A stretch of DNA of 63,803 bases, filler included, from Vannella sp. (Eukaryota), in assembly GCA_023345925.1 (NCBI GenBank). It is 8 parts of 8 records of this genome, joined end to end, with 100 filler letters (N's around TTAATTAATTAA, not from the genome) between each part and the next. Parts side by side here need not be neighbours in the genome. Positions count along the whole stretch, not along the records: positions 57,122 to 63,803 come from JAJQQN010000938.1; 7 more parts are not named here. One strand, written 5' to 3'. Numbering within the stretch: the first letter of the stretch is position 1; every line of letters begins with the position of its first letter. A program made the translations under genes and the position numbers. Shown here piece by piece: positions 59,936 through 63,803 of the stretch. The notes under the pieces were generated by a model. It saw only the letters and a list, made by a program, of their open reading frames with translations, ran no database searches and was not told the DNA's origin.

Positions 59936-60233
59936 TCAAAATGGAGCGGACAAGAGTCGCTCCCCATGATAGGTAAGAGACTGCCTGCCTCGCAAAAGGT
60001 ATTTCACATCACTGGGGAGACCTTCGCTAGCTGAACACTGATTCACTGAGGGAGCCCGCTAACCTGACGTCGAAGGACCCAAGGGGCATGTTGAGAGGGA
60101 AGTCATCAGGTAATCGAGGCTGTGGCTTCACGAGTTCACTCTGTAACATCTGATATTCCCAATCCTTCGAAAGGACTTCTTGGCTATGGTCCTGAGAAAC
60201 TGGAGACTGAAATGGTCTATTCGAGGTTGACAT
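59936..60233 (-). CDS. Small hypothetical spliced protein
   Basis: MSTSNRPF..LGSFDV joined in frame through a 37-nt GT-AG intron to EGLPSDVKYLL..SAPF*. Confidence 0.4.
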
Positions 60234-60308
60234 TGCTTTGGTGTCTTCATGGGAAGACAAGATGAACGCGTCCTCAATAGACTAGTCTAGTGAGGCCAGG
60301 ATGAGAGA

Positions 60309-61661
60309 TCATAGCTGGTCAATCTTGTGGGCTAAAGCGCGCTGGGGAGAAGGAAGAGAGAAATGAGATACAATGGATGGCTTGGAAAGGTCTGTGTGAA
60401 CGTACCTGCTCAAATTGCTGCCGAGAAAGCTGTCGCACTTTCTTCAGGAAAAGGGAAAAAGGCAGTTCAGGTGCAAGAGGCGGCGGCGAACGGAGGAAAC
60501 TGCTCAACTCATACAAGGCGTCATCGTAGGCCTTATCTGATGCCTGGGCTTGAAGGAGTCTATCTATGCATTAGATCTGTGATCCATGAAACAAGGAGAT
60601 TCTCACTGTAGCTCCAAAGGACTGAGATTGTCTTCCTCTGGTGAGACCCGTAAGTCAGTTGGAGGGTGATGGGAGAACCAAAGGTGGAGGTTTTCTACTT
60701 CCTCGCGGACCTTTTGGAGCTGAAGAGATTGCCTTTCCTGTTATACCAGTGAGAGGCCTCCTCAGGTTCAATAACGAACCCACCAAAGAGTCTAGAATTC
60801 TGTGCTTCTCCGCTTCTCCTCCCAGCTGGCTGATTTTCTGCTCAGCCTCTCGGATTTCCCTTTGTTCTGTCAGTGCTGCTGTCCTCAACTTCTCTATGAG
60901 CTGCTGCATTGGGCTGGGTGTCACAGAAACAGCACCCCTTGGTCGACCTGTAGGAGATGAGCTGATTACTGGAGAATAGGTTCCGTCAGGTGAATGCAAA
61001 TGACCTGTGTTCTTATCTACGATAGCGGCTGGCCGTCGGAGAAGCTAGATAAGCAGTTAGGATAGCAAGAAAGTGACTTCCAAGAGACGAACCGGAGGAA
61101 GGGCGGCAAAGACCTTTGAAAGCTCTCCTATAAGATGTGTTAAGGGACATTGAGGGTCCCATTGGTGCATCAAAGGATGAAAGACGAAGCCATCAGCACC
61201 GCAGTGAGGACCTGGCTGAATGATCGCTCCTGATCGAGGAACGAGCCAACCATGAGTACCAATTGATCAATTGAAAGTAGGAGAAAGCTCCTCTTACCAG
61301 GTATGGGGATAACGAAGCAGGTTGGAGGAGATACTGGAAACGCCGGTGGTAGAAAGATGTGTAAGGGCACGTTCATTGCTCCAGAAGGGATGGATCCATG
61401 CAGATAGATTACAGTTGGTTGCTTCACTGAAGGAGAACCACCTCCGTAGACGCGAAGAGCTTCCCTTCTGTTTGAGAACGACTAAAAGAGCGCAAAGGAC
61501 GGCAGAAACTCACCAGCATAGCCAGGAACGAGGGAAGGATGATAGTGAAGCGCCTGACATATGTCCCTCTTGATCCTCTCCTGCATAGGAGGTGGATAGC
61601 ATCGAAGATACCGGAAATACTCGTCAATGGACTCGCCAAAGCGGCGAAGGCGCTCGTCCAT
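60309..61661 (-). CDS. TSG101: ESCRT-I subunit TSG101/Vps23 (multi-exon)
   Basis: UEV VIYLHGSIP..VPLHIFLPPAFPVSPPTCFV; coiled coil; steadiness box LFLKKVRQLSRQQFEQ|RALAHKI. Confidence 0.78.
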
Positions 61662-62051
61662 CAAGCAGAGTGGGAAATGTCAGTTCTCCTTCTGTAAGGG
61701 CTCCTCCTCTTGTATCACATGCACGTGTGCCTACGGGGAGTGAAGGGCCCCCTTCCAGAGCCGTTCTCTAAGGCTGGACCTTTCGTTGGTCGTGAGGAGG
61801 GCTTGTTGATAGAGAGCCCTTTCCAGTCTATGCTTTGGGTAGATGATCTATTTGCTGACCAGCAGACTGCGTCGGAGCAAGAGGGGAACGAGGATTCTCA
61901 CTGAAACCAATGGAGAGGGGACTTTTCAGTCCCTTAGAGGGATGGAGAGACAGAGAAGGGATCTTTCATTGCCTTAGTGATAACTTGATTCTCTTTCTGC
62001 TTGAGATTCGGACGAGGGAGGATGTGTTTGCGTTCCCCCAGGAATGGCGAT

Positions 62052-63476
62052 TTAATCCTCCTTCTTTGTGAGAAGAGGCTTGGCGTTATCCAAGCGAGGG
62101 AATCGCGAAGCCGCTTCCCTTTGAAGGACTCGCACTTTCAGTTTCGGGTCGACTTCAAGCTGTTTGTTGGTCCTCTCACTGAAAGGGCGAATGACTTCCA
62201 GCATGTTCTGAATGAACCCGCGCTGGTAAATATTGATTGGTTCTTCAATCAAAGAGACGTCTCCATCTTCAAAGAGGCCAGTCTTCGCCAGTGATTCCAC
62301 GATTTGGTCAAAAGTCTCTCCCGCATCCATCCGACTTAAGAATTCCTCTCGAATCGGCTTCTGGTCATTGTAGTACCTCTTTGCATAGCTCCAATTGATG
62401 CTTTCCTGCGTGGTTGTGTTACAGGACACTAAATAAAGGTGGTAGAGAAGAAACAGAATGACTGCCAGTCCTGCAAAAAAGCACATTATGGCCAGCCCGA
62501 ACACGCCCATCCCTGCGTGATATAAGACGTATTGAGCAATGTAGGAATAGGGTAAGGGGGCACCCTGATAGCGAGCTTCTAGGACTCGGGAAGGCACGAA
62601 GATATCGTACCAGACAATGTATCCCATTAGATAGGTCCCGTACATGCACATGAGAGACGTTGACCACAAGAATGCATGAAACCATCGTATGTTCTTAGCT
62701 CCCACGCAGGTGTTGAGCCAGGGGCAGTGGTGGTCAAAACGTGCCACGCATCGGTCACAATAAGAGCAGTGTTTTGATCTTGCTGGTCTACCTGGGATCA
62801 GCTGAATGAGCTGAACACAGAGCTCTCATACCTGTCAATATGACATGTACGGCATGTCTTGGGAACGTATAAGACACCATCAAAAGGGTAGTTGTCTTGG
62901 TAATCAGCCAGATTCTCCTTTGTTATCCGCCCTGCGTCCCTTGTACATGCAACCATGAAAGAGCTTACAGTCACAAGAATCAGTATTGATGCGCTGATCC
63001 TGTATCCCACGTCAGGAGGACTAAAGCACCTCGTCTCAATATCTCACTGATGGTGAAGGGGCAGACGGGGAAGCGCTGTGATCATGAAAACGACAGAACC
63101 ACCTCCAACAAGGCCTAGATAGAAGAGCTACATCATGATCAGGGGTGTTGGAAGCCAAGGGAGCTACATTCTTACCTGAAGGAGCGGGTTGCGGGAGAAG
63201 AAGACATAATTCTCCGTCGCCTTCCACGCAGTGAAGATCCTTTCTCCACACATCGAACGAGTGACATCACTGCACTCTGAATGAGCCAATCAAGACCCTC
63301 CTGAACAAAGCAGAAGGTCCTCACCCGATAAACAGGGGCAAGCGTGTGGTAAGCAGGCGATTAAGCTTCCCCACCAGCCCGTTACGATGCGAATCAGACT
63401 GCCCAAAGAGCAGAATGTAGATGAATGCCACAGTCAGTACAGAGGACACCAAAAGGCCCACCAAAGCCGGTTCCAT
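62052..63476 (-). CDS. DHHC palmitoyltransferase (ZDHHC4/Swf1-like), multi-exon
   Basis: [52 protein letters not shown] motif. Confidence 0.9.
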
Positions 63477-63803
63477 CCCAAACAATGCCTTTGAAATTAT
63501 TTATATTCTTCAGAAAGAAGCAACATCATTGATTCACTTGCCTCTCGCAACCGGACCAGGGCAAAGGAGCGAACTGATGAGCAGGTTGTCGAACTGCATG
63601 CGCAACTTCAGGAGGCGGAGAAGACCACGAAGGAGGCTCTCCAAGTGTTTAAGGAGGAGGAGGAGAAGAAAGCCAGGCGGGCGATGAAGGAAGAGGCGGA
63701 GAAAGTGACCAAGGCGGGCCAGAATAAAATTATTGCATCATTATTGTTTGCTGGAGAGGCCCCACGTGGGGACGTAGGGTGGGGGTTCAAGCCCCAACCG
63801 AGG

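Overview
This is eukaryotic nuclear DNA from a very compact genome, most likely an amoebozoan-like protist (inferred from gene content), not prokaryotic DNA. Eight contigs are joined by seven identical 100-nt linkers (44 N + TTAATTAATTAA + 44 N). Genes are densely packed (many spacers <100 bp) and carry short (~37-60 nt) spliceosomal introns. Recognisable genes: Spinster-type MFS transporter, mucolipin, Atg17, BCP1, TBC1D20, MND1, spastin-like ATPase, non-specific phospholipase C, a LIM protein, two tandem sedolisins, a RhoGAP, a COMMD protein, BIG/Sec7, mitochondrial ATP synthase gamma, TRM6, a Rad60-like protein, ARF1, TSG101 and a DHHC palmitoyltransferase. Four observations stand out. (1) A full-length eEF2 paralogue has lost its G1, G3 and G4 GTPase motifs but keeps the diphthamide-loop His. 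(2) An intronless N-carbamoylputrescine amidase-agmatine deiminase fusion. (3) An actin-fragmin-kinase + nitrilase + beta-propeller fusion. (4) A dispersed RCC1-like repeat family with five copies, three visibly decayed, sharing a KSARF C-terminal motif. All family calls come from motif recognition by eye; no searches were run. Exon boundaries were deduced by hand.
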